Origin: a virus
Lineage: Duplodnaviria > Caudoviricetes
Strand: one strand, 5' to 3'
IMG/VR virus record: IMGVR_UViG_3300007229_000070
Coordinates: 1-25,949 of that record
Length of the DNA stretch: 25,949 nt
Shown: positions 8,238-17,447 of the stretch, one piece after another
Position numbering within the stretch: position 1 is the stretch's first letter
Layout of the letters: each line of letters begins with the position of its first letter
Notes under the pieces: generated by a model
The model's database searches: none
Seen by the model: the letters and a program-made list of their open reading frames with translations, nothing else
Told to the model about the DNA's origin: nothing
Program-made: the position numbers and the translations under genes

Positions 8238-8689
8238 GAACATATCACCAGATAAATACAGTGGATAGTTTCAATATATTCTTAAAAGAAGCCGAACCTC
8301 TATTTAAAGAGAACAATACAGAGCTTGATTTTTTCGGGTTGAACGTGAACTTAGATGTTGATACATACCACAAACTTATATCGATGAATAGGTTAAGAGC
8401 GTTTACAATAAGAGAGAATGATGAGCTTATCGGATACTCGACCTTTATAATCCAGAAACACTTGCAACACGTTGATCACTTACAAGCTAACCAGGATGTA
8501 TTATTTATTTCTAGTAACAAGCGTGGTTATGGTATAAAATTTTTAATATGGTGCGAGAATCAATTGAAAAGAGAAGGTATAAGCTTTATTTTTAGATCAG
8601 TGACAAGATTTAATGATTGGAGTTTAATTTTAAAAAGGTTAGAATATTCAGTGATGGATACTATTTATATGAAAGACTTAAGGGAGTAG
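8234..8689 (+). CDS. GNAT-fold acetyltransferase-like protein
   Basis: FTIRENDELIGYS...DVLFISSNKRGYGIKFLIWCENQLKREGI matches GNAT motif A (acetyl-CoA loop R-G-x-G followed by a helix). ATGA overlap with terL. Confidence 0.75.
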   Translation: MRTYHQINTVDSFNIFLKEAEPLFKENNTELDFFGLNVNLDVDTYHKLISMNRLRAFTIRENDELIGYSTFIIQKHLQHVDHLQANQDVLFISSNKRGYGIKFLIWCENQLKREGISFIFRSVTRFNDWSLILKRLEYSVMDTIYMKDLRE

Positions 8690-8691
8690 GT

Positions 8692-9099
8692 ATGAGTTCA
8701 GGCGGTGGTGGTAATGTATTTGAAAATATTTATAACGAGATAGGTAAAAAACAAGAAGATATCCTGGGCAAAGACCTTGCTGTCAACAATATGTTTGCAA
8801 GGGAAACAAGGGGTGTATATAACGAGCTGGACGGAACTAACGCTAGGAAGAAAAAAGCCGCTGAGAAGGAAGCTAAGAAAGCACAGACTAAACAAATAGC
8901 TATGGCCAAAAAGAAACAAGAAGATGAAAAAGCACTTGGCGAAGCAAGATCCGATGCAGAGGGAATGAGAGACTCAGCAATTGGAAGAACAGGAAGTAAG
9001 AAGAGAAAGACTGGAAGATCAGGGACTATCTTAACCGACTCACTAGGTGATAACGGTGGTTCAGAAAATCAAGGTAAGAAAAACCTATTAGGATTATAG
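8692..9099 (+). CDS. Small basic pre-portal virion protein (T7 gp6.7/7.3-like position)
   Basis: The ATG at 8692 follows GGGAG and is preferred over the TTG at 8617. K/E/A-rich coiled coil. C-terminal GRSGTILT...KKNLLG motif typical of pre-portal genes in this phage type. Confidence 0.75.
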   Translation: MSSGGGGNVFENIYNEIGKKQEDILGKDLAVNNMFARETRGVYNELDGTNARKKKAAEKEAKKAQTKQIAMAKKKQEDEKALGEARSDAEGMRDSAIGRTGSKKRKTGRSGTILTDSLGDNGGSENQGKKNLLGL

Positions 9100-9101
9100 A
9101 T

Positions 9102-10868
9102 ATGAATGACAAGGACAAGTCACCAAAAGGGTATAATTATTTATCAAAGCGACAATATTACAATGTCGTAGAGAAGCAACTACGTGAAGACCGTGACTCA
9201 TTTAGGACATATTGGAGAGATCTTTCAGATTATATCCTTCCTAGACGTTCAAGGTTTTTTATATCAGATGCAAAACGTGGCGATCGTAGGAACTTTAATA
9301 TTATTGACTCTACAGCTACACTAGCATCTAGAACATTATCAAGTGGTATGATGACGGGTATCACTTCACCAGCAAGATCATGGTTCAATTTAGCTCCAGG
9401 ATCAGGTGATAAAGCACCTAACACTAATATAAAGAAATACTTCCAGGACACCACAGAAAAGATGAGATCAATCTTTCTTAGAAGTAATTTATATAACGTG
9501 CTTCCTACAATATATGGAGACATGGGAACTTTTGGAACGGGTTGTCTTTTCATGGAAGAAGATATGGATGATACGGTTAGGTTTACTGCCTTCCCTATTG
9601 GTTCATACATGATAGCTAACGACCATAAAGGAAGAGTTAGAGTGTTTTATAGAGAGTTCCAGATGTCAGTTAGACAGCTTATCGAGAAGTTTGGATCACC
9701 TAAGCCTGGTAAAAATGGGATGCAAATAGACTGGAGTAAGTTATCTGAAAATGTAAGATATCAATATGACAGAGGACAACTTGAAAGCATGGTTAATATT
9801 GGCCATATGGTTTTACCTAACGATGATCATAGACCGGATAGCTTAGAATCAAAATATAAGAAATTTAGCTCAGTATATTATGAGCAAGGTGCAAGTAATC
9901 AGTCTAACCAAAACAATTTATCAGTTGATTATCCAGGTAAGTTCTTAAGTGAAAAAGGCTTTGATTACTTTCCTGTATTAGCACCACGTTGGGAAGTTGT
10001 TGGTGAAGATACTTATGGAGTTAATTGTCCTGGTATGATTTGTATTGGTGACGTTAGACAGTTACAATTTGGTGAAAAGAATATAGCTACAGCAATCGAT
10101 CAAAAAATCAAGCCGGCAATGGTTGGACCTATTGCACTTCAAAACCAAAAGGCATCTATTCTTCCTGGTGATATTACTTACCTGGATGAAAGGGAAGGAT
10201 CTAAGGGTTTTAGAAGGTTGTTTGAAATAGACTTTGATGCAAGGGAGCTTGAGAATAAGCAGGATCAGATAAGACAGAGAATATCAAGGACTTATTATGA
10301 AGATCTTTTCTTGATGTTAGCACAGTCAGATAGACGACAGATCACAGCGAGAGAAATAGAAGAAAGACATGAAGAAAAACTCTTGGCATTAGGGCCAGTT
10401 TTAGAGAGAATAAATCAAGACTTATTAGACCCTTTAATTGAAAACACTTTTGCTATAATGGATAAGCAAGACTTATTGCCAGAAATACCAGAGGAACTTA
10501 AAGGACAGGACTATAAAGTTGAGTACATATCAATAATGGCACAAGCACAGAGACTTGCTGGTATTGGTAACATTGAAAGGTTTACAGGCTTTGTTGGACA
10601 GATGGCACAATACGATCCGACAGCACTTGATAAACTTAACACTGAAGAAACAATTGATTTATACGGGGATTATGTGGGAGTTCCACAAAGTCTTATAACG
10701 AGTAAAGAAGAAATGGAAGCGATCAAAGAACAAAGGGCAGCACAGCAGCAAGCAGAGCAACAAGCAATGCAAGCACAGGAAGCAGTTGCGGCCGGCAAAA
10801 CTTTGAGTGAAACCAAGATGGATGAAGGATCAGCATTGGATGAACTAATGGGGGCAGTAAGTGAATAA
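9102..10868 (+). CDS. Portal (head-tail connector), Bbp21/T7 gp8 family
   Basis: WRDLSDYILPRR, IIDSTATLASRTLSSGMMTGITSPARSWF, FGTGC, PRWEVVGEDTYG, ITAREIEERHEEKLLALGPVLER, VEYISIMAQAQR. Confidence 0.97.
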   Translation: MNDKDKSPKGYNYLSKRQYYNVVEKQLREDRDSFRTYWRDLSDYILPRRSRFFISDAKRGDRRNFNIIDSTATLASRTLSSGMMTGITSPARSWFNLAPGSGDKAPNTNIKKYFQDTTEKMRSIFLRSNLYNVLPTIYGDMGTFGTGCLFMEEDMDDTVRFTAFPIGSYMIANDHKGRVRVFYREFQMSVRQLIEKFGSPKPGKNGMQIDWSKLSENVRYQYDRGQLESMVNIGHMVLPNDDHRPDSLESKYKKFSSVYYEQGASNQSNQNNLSVDYPGKFLSEKGFDYFPVLAPRWEVVGEDTYGVNCPGMICIGDVRQLQFGEKNIATAIDQKIKPAMVGPIALQNQKASILPGDITYLDEREGSKGFRRLFEIDFDARELENKQDQIRQRISRTYYEDLFLMLAQSDRRQITAREIEERHEEKLLALGPVLERINQDLLDPLIENTFAIMDKQDLLPEIPEELKGQDYKVEYISIMAQAQRLAGIGNIERFTGFVGQMAQYDPTALDKLNTEETIDLYGDYVGVPQSLITSKEEMEAIKEQRAAQQQAEQQAMQAQEAVAAGKTLSETKMDEGSALDELMGAVSE

Positions 10869-11160
10869 CTTAGCAGACCCGAAACAAGTTAAAAAAGCAG
10901 AGTTGAAAGAAAAAGATTTAAGGAAGCAACAACTTAACGACATTCGCACAGTACTTTCTAGTATTAGTGGACGTAGGTTATTTTGGAGAATACTTGAACA
11001 TTGCAACACTTTCAACACTGTATTCAATGAGCAACATTCAACCATGAGTTACCTTGCCGGTAAACAAGACTTAGGTCATTTCATTATGTCAGAAATTACA
11101 CAAGCAGATGAGAATCTACTTTTAAAACTAATGAAAGATAACAAAGGTAAGGAGAACTAA
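10861..11160 (+). CDS. Bbp19-like protein
   Basis: DIRTVLSSISGRRLFWRILEHC..F...F......YLAGKQDLG, in the conserved position between portal and scaffold. Confidence 0.82.
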   Translation: MNNLADPKQVKKAELKEKDLRKQQLNDIRTVLSSISGRRLFWRILEHCNTFNTVFNEQHSTMSYLAGKQDLGHFIMSEITQADENLLLKLMKDNKGKEN

Positions 11161-11840
11161 TGAGTAAACAAACAGAAATGGAAGTTAAAGAAACGGTGGT
11201 TACAGAACCAGCAGAGAATGAAATAAAAGAAACTACAGTTGAGGACAGTCTTTACGGAGCTGAACCTGGGAATGACAAGACAATTGACGAGACAAAAGAA
11301 GAAGCCGCAGACAGTGATAAAATCACAGAGTCTAAGGAAGAAACTGAGTCAGGTGACGATGTTAAGGAGTCCGAGGATCTAAAAGAGACAGCACAATATA
11401 AGCTGGAGTTAAGTGAGAATAGCCTAATGGACAATTCTTTTTTAGAAGAGATTGAATCTTTTTTAGTTGAGAATAACATATCTGAAGATGTGGCCAAAGG
11501 GATGCTTAACAAACAGGAAGAAGTGCTTGCGAAGTGGGTTGAGTCAAAAACTGAAGCTATTGAAGCTGAGAAAGATCAGTGGAGAGATCAGGTTGTAAAC
11601 GACAAAGTAATGGGTGGAGACAATTTAAAGACTACAGTTGAGAATGCTAAAAGAGTAGTCGGCAAATATGCTTCAGAGGACTTTGTTAATATGCTACGTG
11701 AGACAGGTTATGGGGACAATCCGGAATTTGTCAGGTTTGTATCGGCCATTGGAGCTGCCATGAGTGATGATACACTCGTTAGTGGCAAGGAATTTGGTGG
11801 CGAAAAAAGAACAGAAGATTATTTTTATGGAAGTAATTAA
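11160..11840 (+). CDS. Capsid scaffolding protein
   Basis: Acidic disordered N-terminus, helical C-terminus (W...V..DK.MGG.NL...GYGDNPEFVRF...IG.AMSDD). Immediately upstream of the MCP. Confidence 0.85.
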   Translation: MSKQTEMEVKETVVTEPAENEIKETTVEDSLYGAEPGNDKTIDETKEEAADSDKITESKEETESGDDVKESEDLKETAQYKLELSENSLMDNSFLEEIESFLVENNISEDVAKGMLNKQEEVLAKWVESKTEAIEAEKDQWRDQVVNDKVMGGDNLKTTVENAKRVVGKYASEDFVNMLRETGYGDNPEFVRFVSAIGAAMSDDTLVSGKEFGGEKRTEDYFYGSN

Positions 11841-11869
11841 ATTAATTTAAAAACTAAGGAGAGTTTTAA

Positions 11870-12865
11870 ATGGCAACATTATCATCAAACGCATTAACAC
11901 TTATTGACTTTGCAAAAAGAATCGATCCAGATGGAAAAACACCAAAGATCGTTGAACTACTTGCACAAACAAACGAAATTCTAGACGACATGAAATTCAT
12001 GGAAGGTAACTTACCTACAGGTCATAGAATCACTGTAAGAACAGGTTTACCACAAGTTTACTGGAGACTTTTAAATCAAGGAGTTCAACCAAGTAAATCA
12101 CTAGCTGCACAAATTGACGAGCAATGCGGAATGCTAGAAGCATGGAGTGAAGTAGATCAAGAAGTAGCGGAACTTAACGGTAACGTAAACTCTTTTAGAT
12201 TATCTGAAGCTCAAGCATTCTTAGAAGCAATGAACCAAGAAATGGCTTCAACTTTATTCTATGGGAATAGTTCACTATCACCAGAGGAATTTAACGGCCT
12301 TTCAGTTCGTTACTCTGACTTATCAGCTCCTAATGCACAAAACATCGTTAACGGTGGTGGATCAGGATCAGACAATTCATCAGTTTGGTTAATTGTTTGG
12401 GGCGAGCAAACTTGTTGCGGTATCTTTCCAAAAGGATCTAAAGCTGGCTTAACTCACGAAGATCTAGGACTTCAAACTATCGAGACTACTAATGGTATCG
12501 CTGGTGAAAGAATGAGAGCTTACCAAGATCACTTTAAGTGGAAAACTGGTATTGCACTTAAGGACTGGAGATATGTTGTTCGTATCGCTAACATTGATGT
12601 TTCAGATCTTGCTACAGGATCAGCAGCGGATATCGTTAACCTTATGATTAAAGCAACACATAGAATCCCTAACCTTAACATGGGTAAACCATGCTTCTAT
12701 GCTAACCGTACAGTTGTTCAATACCTAGACATCCAAAGAAGAGATGACATGGTTGGATCAGCACTTGCGTATCAAGAAGTTGATGGTAAGAGAATCCCTC
12801 ATTTTAGAGGTATCCCTCTTAAGACAGTAGATGCATTACTAGAAACTGAAGCTACAGTAGCTTAA
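11870..12865 (+). CDS. Major capsid protein (BPP-1 Bbp17 / epsilon15 gp7 type, HK97 fold)
   Basis: MATLSSNALTLIDFAKRIDPDGK, EGNLPTGHRITVRTGLP, RLSEAQAFLEAMNQ, LFYGN, DWRYVVRIANID, FRGIPLKTVDALLETEA. Strong AAGGAG RBS. Confidence 0.97.
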   Translation: MATLSSNALTLIDFAKRIDPDGKTPKIVELLAQTNEILDDMKFMEGNLPTGHRITVRTGLPQVYWRLLNQGVQPSKSLAAQIDEQCGMLEAWSEVDQEVAELNGNVNSFRLSEAQAFLEAMNQEMASTLFYGNSSLSPEEFNGLSVRYSDLSAPNAQNIVNGGGSGSDNSSVWLIVWGEQTCCGIFPKGSKAGLTHEDLGLQTIETTNGIAGERMRAYQDHFKWKTGIALKDWRYVVRIANIDVSDLATGSAADIVNLMIKATHRIPNLNMGKPCFYANRTVVQYLDIQRRDDMVGSALAYQEVDGKRIPHFRGIPLKTVDALLETEATVA

Positions 12866-12899
12866 TTAAAAACGTATTTATAATACAAGGAGAATTAAA

Positions 12900-13331
12900 A
12901 TGATTATAGATAAGCAATTACAATTTTCAGACAGTCAAGCTCTAACAGCTACAGCAGTTAGTACAAATGTTATTGATTCTGGTATCGATGGAAACTTAGG
13001 AGTTGGTGAACCAATGGCCGTAGTTATCACTATCGAAGTTGAAGCAGATGACGCTAATGCAGATGAGACTTATTCAGTTGCATTACAATCAGACTCAGAT
13101 GTTGGATTTGGATCAGCAGTTGAACTTAGTTCAATTTCTATCCCTAGAGGATCAGCAGCAGGATCTAAGTTTGTTTTACCTGTACCAGCAGACAACCGTG
13201 GTGATCAGTACTTTAGAGTTAATTATACTCTAGGTGGTACAACTCCTTCGGCTACTGTTTCATGTCACATGATTCCACAATCGTTCATCCAAAATGATTT
13301 TTATTTTGCAGATGGATTCACAGTTAGTTAA
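12900..13331 (+). CDS. Bbp16-family capsid cement protein
   Basis: MIIDKQLQFSDSQALTATAVSTNVID...GVGEP...LQSD...YFRVNYTLGGT jelly-roll signature, directly after the MCP. AAGGAG RBS. Confidence 0.9.
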   Translation: MIIDKQLQFSDSQALTATAVSTNVIDSGIDGNLGVGEPMAVVITIEVEADDANADETYSVALQSDSDVGFGSAVELSSISIPRGSAAGSKFVLPVPADNRGDQYFRVNYTLGGTTPSATVSCHMIPQSFIQNDFYFADGFTVS

Positions 13332-13346
13332 TAAATAGGAGTTAGA

Positions 13347-13583
13347 ATGAAAGTTAAAGCAAAACGTCTTGGATACTATGCAGACATCAGGATCAGAGAG
13401 GGACAAAAATTCAGACTTAAAGACTCAAAACATTTCTCAGAGGAATGGATGGAGAAACTAGGTAAGAACGTAAAAGTTGACGAGGTACTTATCCAGGATA
13501 AGCCCGAACCAATCCCTAATGTTTTACTAGATGACGCAGATGATGAACAAGATGATGCAGACAGTAATTCGGAAGTTATTTAA
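13347..13583 (+). CDS. Hypothetical head-associated protein (78 aa, acidic tail)
   Basis: MKVKAKRLGYY..IRIREGQKF...FSEEWMEK. AGGAG RBS. Last gene before the terminator. Confidence 0.8.
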   Translation: MKVKAKRLGYYADIRIREGQKFRLKDSKHFSEEWMEKLGKNVKVDEVLIQDKPEPIPNVLLDDADDEQDDADSNSEVI

Positions 13584-13593
13584 TTAATAGATC

Positions 13594-13622
13594 GGGGTGG
13601 TTGAAAGACCACTCCTTTCTTT
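13594..13622 (+). terminator. Rho-independent terminator after the capsid module
   Basis: Stem GGGGTGGTT / GACCACTCC (two G-U pairs) with a GAAA tetraloop, followed by TTTCTTT. Position is analogous to T7 T-phi. Confidence 0.82.
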
Positions 13623-13636
13623 AACTAGGAAACAAA

Positions 13637-14281
13637 ATGGCAAGTAAGACAGAAATAGCAAACATGGCAATCTCACACCTGGGAATAGGTAAGGAAATAG
13701 CTAATGTTGATACTGAGAAATCACAAGAAGCAAGGGCTTGTCGTAGTTTTTACGAGAGTGCAAAGAAGATAACTTTATCAGATCTTGACTGGAATTTTGC
13801 CAGCACTTTTGCAACACTAGGTTTAGTCGAGGAAGATCCAACTACAGAGTATAGATATTCTTACCAATATCCTACAGATTGTTTGAGACTAAGAAGAATA
13901 CTATCAGGATCTAGACAGGACACACAACAATCAAGAATACCCTATAGAATAGTAGTAGATGGTGGAACTAGAAAAATATATACAGACCAGGACTCAGCAG
14001 TTGTTGAGTACACGACAGATATAACAGATGCATCAATTTTCGATAGTGAGTTTGCAATGGCCCTTTCCTACAGACTGGCCGCTTTTATTTGCTCACGATT
14101 GACAGCAGGGGATGACTTTAGAATTAAAGCCGAAATGCTTCAGCACTATCAGATGGAAATTGGTTTTGCTAAAAAGAAAAACATGAACGAAGTACAACAC
14201 GATCGCCATAATGAATCTGATCTAATCAGATCTAGAGGCGGTGCAAGGGATAGGATCAGTTATGATAGATATGAGTTATGA
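13637..14281 (+). CDS. Tail tubular protein A / head-tail adaptor (T7 gp11-like)
   Basis: SKTEIANMAISHLG...EARAC..FY...L...DWNFA...YSYQYPTDCLRL...FD..FAMALSYRLAA. Confidence 0.9.
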   Translation: MASKTEIANMAISHLGIGKEIANVDTEKSQEARACRSFYESAKKITLSDLDWNFASTFATLGLVEEDPTTEYRYSYQYPTDCLRLRRILSGSRQDTQQSRIPYRIVVDGGTRKIYTDQDSAVVEYTTDITDASIFDSEFAMALSYRLAAFICSRLTAGDDFRIKAEMLQHYQMEIGFAKKKNMNEVQHDRHNESDLIRSRGGARDRISYDRYEL

Positions 14282-14585
14282 AGAAATTGAACTAAAAGAT
14301 TTTAGCACACCTTCAATTAACAAACCTAAGTATCCTCATGGACTTAAGTTGTCACTAGGAAAGGAAGAGTTAAAGAAACTTAACCTGGAAGGTACACCAG
14401 CAATTGGCCAGAAATTTAACATGGAAATAGTTGTTGAAGTTGTTGAAGTATCTAGTGAGTTAGAAGGTAGTGATGAAAAATCTCTACGTGTTGAATTACA
14501 GGTTAAAGAGATGGAAGTTAAAAAAGATGATACCGATGAAGTTATCAAACAATCAGATAGCTCACAAATAATATACGGGGTATAA
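14262..14585 (+). CDS. Capsid staple protein, epsilon15 gp10-like
   Basis: KYPHGLKLSLGKEELKKLNL..TPAIGQKF.M...EV..VS...VELQVKEM resembles the epsilon15 gp10 pattern YPWGLRITL...L..LG...PAVG...VELQITDI as I recall it. The ATG at 14262 has an AGGA RBS. Confidence 0.78.
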   Translation: MIDMSYEEIELKDFSTPSINKPKYPHGLKLSLGKEELKKLNLEGTPAIGQKFNMEIVVEVVEVSSELEGSDEKSLRVELQVKEMEVKKDDTDEVIKQSDSSQIIYGV

Positions 14586-14587
14586 GG

Positions 14588-17437
14588 TTGACAACGCTAT
14601 CACAAAGAACTTTTTCTAGTGGTGAAGTCTCACCTTCTATTTACTCCAGGGTTGACGTTACAAAGTATGCATCCGGTCTAAGGACTTGTAAAAATTCTAT
14701 GGTTATGCGTTACGGTGGAGTATCTAACAGACCTGGCACGGAGTTTATTTCTCCAGTCAAGTTCGCAGCATATGATGTCAGGCTTGTACCCTTTATATTC
14801 AGTAATGATCAGACTTACATATTAGAGTTTGGACAATACTATTTAAGGATACATAAAAATGGAGTACTTCAAAAAGAAACAGCGAAGGTTATAACCAACA
14901 CTTTGCAGACAGATCCAGTTATAGTTAGCTCTACAGCACATGGTTATTCCAATGGTGATATAATAGAAATTACTGGAATAGAAGGGATGACAGAGCTTAA
15001 CAATAAACTCTTCTCAGTTTCAGCGGTTGCAGCAAATAGTTATCAGTTACTAACACCAGATGTACCATATAGTAATATAAACGGTGGACCATTCGGGGCA
15101 TATGTCAGTGGTGGTGAGTCCAGGAAAGTATATGAACTTCAAACAGTTTATACAGCAGCAGAGGCAAAAGAATTTAAGTATGTTCAAAGTGGTGATGTAG
15201 TAACAATTGCACATCCATCACATCCACCTTTAGAGCTTTTAAGACTGGGTGATACCAATTGGACCTTTAACGAGTTAACTTTTGCACCTACAGTTGCAAA
15301 CCCAACTTCAATAGTGGCCACTGGTGGTAGTGCTGGAACTAATGATTATCGATATGTAGTAACAGCAATTGATGATCAAAATAATGAATCGTTACCAGGA
15401 CTTAACCTAAACAGCGAATCAATCACAGGTATAACAAATGCTAATCCAGCAGTTGTGACCATATCGGGGACTCACACACTTATCACTGGACAGGCAGTTA
15501 AATTAACAGGGTTGTCCAATGGTATAACGGAATTAAATAATAAATTCTTTGTGGTGGATGTAATAACGACAAGTACCTTCTCATTGAGAAACATTGATAG
15601 CACAGACTTTGGGGTTTATACAAGTTCAGGGTTGATGCAATATACACCAGCAGAATTACTTTCTAAGGCAGTTCCTACGACTGGATCACCAATCACTATA
15701 GGTTGGACAGCTCCAGCAGGTGCAGTTGAGTTTAGAATATACAAAGAATCTTTTGGATCATATGCATTATTTGGAGTAACAACAAACACAAGTTTCTTAG
15801 ATATTGGCCAAGGAGTTGATGATAGTGTTACGTATCCTTCAGCTAGGTATCCATTCCTGGGAGTGAATAACTATCCAGCAGTTGTTAACTATATCCAGCA
15901 AAGACTTTGTTTTGCCAATACAAATAACAACACAGAAAAAATATTCATGTCTAAAACTTCAGACTACAAAAACTTCTCTACATCAAGTCCTGTACAGTCG
16001 GATGATTCTATCACTTTTCAAATGACAGGTAGGCAAGTTAACTCAGTTGAAAACCTTTTAGATCTTGGAAGCTTTGTTATTTTAACAAGTGGTGGTGAAT
16101 GGAATGCGGCCGGAAACGAAGCCGGAGTTGTTGAACCTACAGCAATAAATACAAAACAATATTCTTATAACGGATCAGGTGCTTTGCCACCGATTGTTAT
16201 TGATGGATCAGCACTATACCAGCAAGCTAGGGGTTCAGTTATACGAGATCTTTCCTTTGACTTTGCAGTTGATGGATATAGAGGGAATGACTTAACAATA
16301 TTTTCAGCTCACTTGTTTGATAATTTCACAATTACAGACTGGGCATATCAGCAAATACCTAACTCAATACTATGGATCGTAAGATCAGATGGAGCGTTAT
16401 TAGGTCTTACATATGTAAAGGACCAGCAAATAAGAGCGTGGCATAGACACGATTTAGGTGGAGTATGTGAGAGTGTTGCAGTAGTTCCAGAAGGAAACCA
16501 GGACTTCTTATATGTTTCAGTATTAAGAGAAGTTGATGGTAGCGAAGTTAGATACATCGAAAAGCTAAGCACAAGACAGATAAATGATATTAGAGATAAT
16601 AAGTTCATGGACTCATGCTTAACTTATGATGGAAGAAATACAGATACATCATTATCTCTACAATTATCCGGTGGTGGTTCATGGGTGGCCGGCACTTCAC
16701 TAACTTTAACATGTACAGGTGGTAACTACTTTACAGCAGATGATGTTGGAAGAGATATTCAGATGTCTATAGTTATTGATCCTACATATACAGAACAAGC
16801 GAGAGTAAGGGTAACAGCATACACAAGCCCTACAGTCGTCACAGTAGAGGCCATAGTTGCAGTTCCAATAAGTTTTAAATTCTCAGGTACATCTATTTTT
16901 GCCAGAGCTTTAGATACAGTTGGTGGTTTAGAACACTTAGAAGGTGAAAATGTTTCGGTCCTGGGCGATGCCTTTGTTGTTGCGAGTCCTAATAATGATT
17001 CGTACACAGACATTACAGTTACAGATGGAATAGTTACACTAGATAATAACTATGCAGTTATACATGTTGGACTTCCTTACTTATCAGATATTGAAACATT
17101 GAATATTGACACAGCGAATGGTGAAACTCTTAGTGATAAATATAAGATTGTCAAAGAAGTTAGCCTACATGTTGAAGATACTAGAGGTATTTGGATAGGT
17201 GGTAAAGCTCCACTTATTGATCCGAACGTCTTGCTAGATCCGGTTGAAGGTCTTACAGAGGTAAAACTAAGAGAAGATGAAGATCCATCCGAACCTAATG
17301 ATTTAAAAACTGAAGTAATAAGTGCTATAATCCAATCAGAATGGAATAGTAATGGAAGAATATTTATCAGACAGGTTGATCCAGTTCCAATGGGAATAGG
17401 AGCTATATATCCGGCCGGTAAGTTTCCAATCAACTAG
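14588..17437 (+). CDS. Tail tubular protein B / nozzle (T7 gp12-like beta-propeller) with inserted domains
   Basis: QRTFSSGEVSPSIYSRVDVTKY, GGVSNRPGT, LVPFIFSNDQTYILEFG, YVQSGDV, YPAVVNYIQQRLCFA, WAYQQIP, AWHRHD, IHVGLPY. TTG start. Confidence 0.93.
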   Translation: MTTLSQRTFSSGEVSPSIYSRVDVTKYASGLRTCKNSMVMRYGGVSNRPGTEFISPVKFAAYDVRLVPFIFSNDQTYILEFGQYYLRIHKNGVLQKETAKVITNTLQTDPVIVSSTAHGYSNGDIIEITGIEGMTELNNKLFSVSAVAANSYQLLTPDVPYSNINGGPFGAYVSGGESRKVYELQTVYTAAEAKEFKYVQSGDVVTIAHPSHPPLELLRLGDTNWTFNELTFAPTVANPTSIVATGGSAGTNDYRYVVTAIDDQNNESLPGLNLNSESITGITNANPAVVTISGTHTLITGQAVKLTGLSNGITELNNKFFVVDVITTSTFSLRNIDSTDFGVYTSSGLMQYTPAELLSKAVPTTGSPITIGWTAPAGAVEFRIYKESFGSYALFGVTTNTSFLDIGQGVDDSVTYPSARYPFLGVNNYPAVVNYIQQRLCFANTNNNTEKIFMSKTSDYKNFSTSSPVQSDDSITFQMTGRQVNSVENLLDLGSFVILTSGGEWNAAGNEAGVVEPTAINTKQYSYNGSGALPPIVIDGSALYQQARGSVIRDLSFDFAVDGYRGNDLTIFSAHLFDNFTITDWAYQQIPNSILWIVRSDGALLGLTYVKDQQIRAWHRHDLGGVCESVAVVPEGNQDFLYVSVLREVDGSEVRYIEKLSTRQINDIRDNKFMDSCLTYDGRNTDTSLSLQLSGGGSWVAGTSLTLTCTGGNYFTADDVGRDIQMSIVIDPTYTEQARVRVTAYTSPTVVTVEAIVAVPISFKFSGTSIFARALDTVGGLEHLEGENVSVLGDAFVVASPNNDSYTDITVTDGIVTLDNNYAVIHVGLPYLSDIETLNIDTANGETLSDKYKIVKEVSLHVEDTRGIWIGGKAPLIDPNVLLDPVEGLTEVKLREDEDPSEPNDLKTEVISAIIQSEWNSNGRIFIRQVDPVPMGIGAIYPAGKFPIN

Positions 17438-17447
17438 GGAGTAGATA

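Noticed and set aside
2878-11843. AATTAAATT upstream of both terS (2878-2886) and the MCP (11835-11843) as a late promoter motif
   Set aside because: A pure A/T 9-mer in an AT-rich genome. It also occurs inside a coding region at ~2102, so it is not distinguishable from chance.
12820-12900. T7 gp10A/10B-style programmed frameshift at the end of the capsid gene
   Set aside because: No slippery heptamer near the stop, and the next gene has its own strong AAGGAG RBS.
14885-15631. Ubiquitin-system (E1) function implied by the FCCH-like repeats
   Set aside because: No adenylation domain, catalytic Cys or Ubl partner. The resemblance is to a small beta-barrel that recurs in phage structural proteins.
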